This document shows, piece after piece, positions 62,720 to 64,000 of a stretch of 64,000 bases of DNA. How positions within the stretch are numbered: the stretch's first letter is position 1; each line of letters starts with the position of its first letter. The stretch is taken from NCBI GenBank assembly GCA_036172245.1, contig JAYWIR010000005.1:5518001-5582000 (forward strand), given 5' to 3'. The notes below the pieces were generated by a model. It ran no database searches. It saw nothing but the letters and a program-made list of their open reading frames with translations, and was not told where the DNA came from. Source of the DNA: Raillietiella orientalis. Its lineage: Eukaryota. The position numbers and the translations under genes were made by a program.

Positions 62720-64000
62720 CATCTCGGTTGGATCTCACAAGCAGTCCGTTCCATATTCTCACGAGGAGTGCATTTCCTGTCTTCCAAGGTACCAACGGAC
62801 TAGGAATGGGAGCGAGACACCCCGCCCGTCTCCCACGAGACCCCACCCTACATGACTAACTCTCTGGTGGGAGAGGATGCACCTGAGCAACAAAGAAGAT
62901 GAAGGAGAAAAAAGACAAGTGGCTTAGGAGAGACCGAGTGCGGGAGAGAGAGGGGAGGAGACGAAACCCGATTAAAAGTGGGTGGAAGAGGAATCCCTTA
63001 GTACACTCTCAAAATTCAACATTGAATCTCCCAACATCAGCATCATGCAATGATTAGGAAAAGAAACGACACGTTACGTCCCATCTATTCAGTAGGCCCG
63101 CGGTTTCTTTCCTTGTGAGCTTTCTTTGGCGGGACGCCGTTCCGCCAAACGGCAAGTACACGGAAGCAGAGAGACCACGGGCCTCGAAGAAACGCATCCC
63201 CCTGAAACCACCCTTCGCCCCATTTCAGCCCAGGAGATTTGCAAGCAAAACACGATGAACGGATTTGGAAAACTTAGCTGCGTCCCGTCCTTCACACGCT
63301 TCGGTCTCTGCCACTGCGTGTCGGAAGCTGCCACAACTACCGATTCTTGTGCAGCTTCGGGCAGGCGAGTCCTTGAAGGATTCTGCGACGACCCAGAAAC
63401 GGGAATGCCAAAACAGCGCGCTCCGCACTGAAAGGAGACCCGTGATCTCTTCCCCCCCCCTTTCCTTCCTCCTGGTGGTGCCTCCTCATTCGTGCGCGCG
63501 CGCGCGGAACAGTGAAGGTGAAGAGGTTTCGAAAGACTCACGAAATTTCCTGGCACCGCGAGAATTCTAACTGAACAAAAAAGGAAGAAGATTCAAGTGC
63601 TATCCTACGCAAGGCTAGGGAGGAAACTTCGAGAAACACACCAGGAAAGATCGAACAGCGAACAGCAGCAGGATCGATGCCGCCAACCCGGATTTCTGGA
63701 TCCTCCTTGTCCCTAAGGAAATCAAAGCGCCTCGGAAAAGATCATGCTGCCTGGAGCCACGGGATGAGACCCATGCGGCAGTCGCAACGGGCGTCCGGAG
63801 TCCAGAGATTCAAGAAAATTCAACGTGACTACCCGTAGATACGGGAACGAGAGGAGGACGGACGCCTGCACTGCAGTTCAGTGCGGCGCATCGCGATGGC
63901 GGAGACTCCTCGGGCGGTTTGGTGGATGCGTGCAATCGAGGCCGCTGCATCCTTCAGTTCCTGTGGCGGTGCCTCGTTCTCCTTCATTCCGACCGGCAGG

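Overview
Eukaryotic genomic DNA, almost certainly from an arthropod (delta/epsilon-class GST, pawn-like gene, spliceosomal introns). The dominant structure is a giant, near-perfect inverted repeat. Its arms are 3567-17958 and 22731-37159 (about 14.4 kb each), separated by a 4.8-kb spacer that is largely decayed transposon sequence. I could see about 10 substitutions and 5 microsatellite/homopolymer length differences between the arms. Each arm carries an intact 5-exon glutathione S-transferase gene, so two GST copies with no coding difference I could find point toward each other across the spacer. Both breakpoints show short imperfect homology, and the left arm appears to be the derived copy. 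The rest of the window holds translin (minus), Enhancer of polycomb (plus) and a pawn-like EGF/SEA transmembrane mucin gene (minus, probably running out of the window). There is also a probable spliced non-coding transcript divergent from E(Pc), plus decayed L1/Tx1, Tigger/pogo and hAT elements. Introns in the AT-rich genes are mostly 40-62 nt, and base composition switches sharply between CpG-rich and CpG-poor domains. Most long ORFs in the supplied track are artefacts of high GC. All family assignments are from motif recognition by eye, not database searches.
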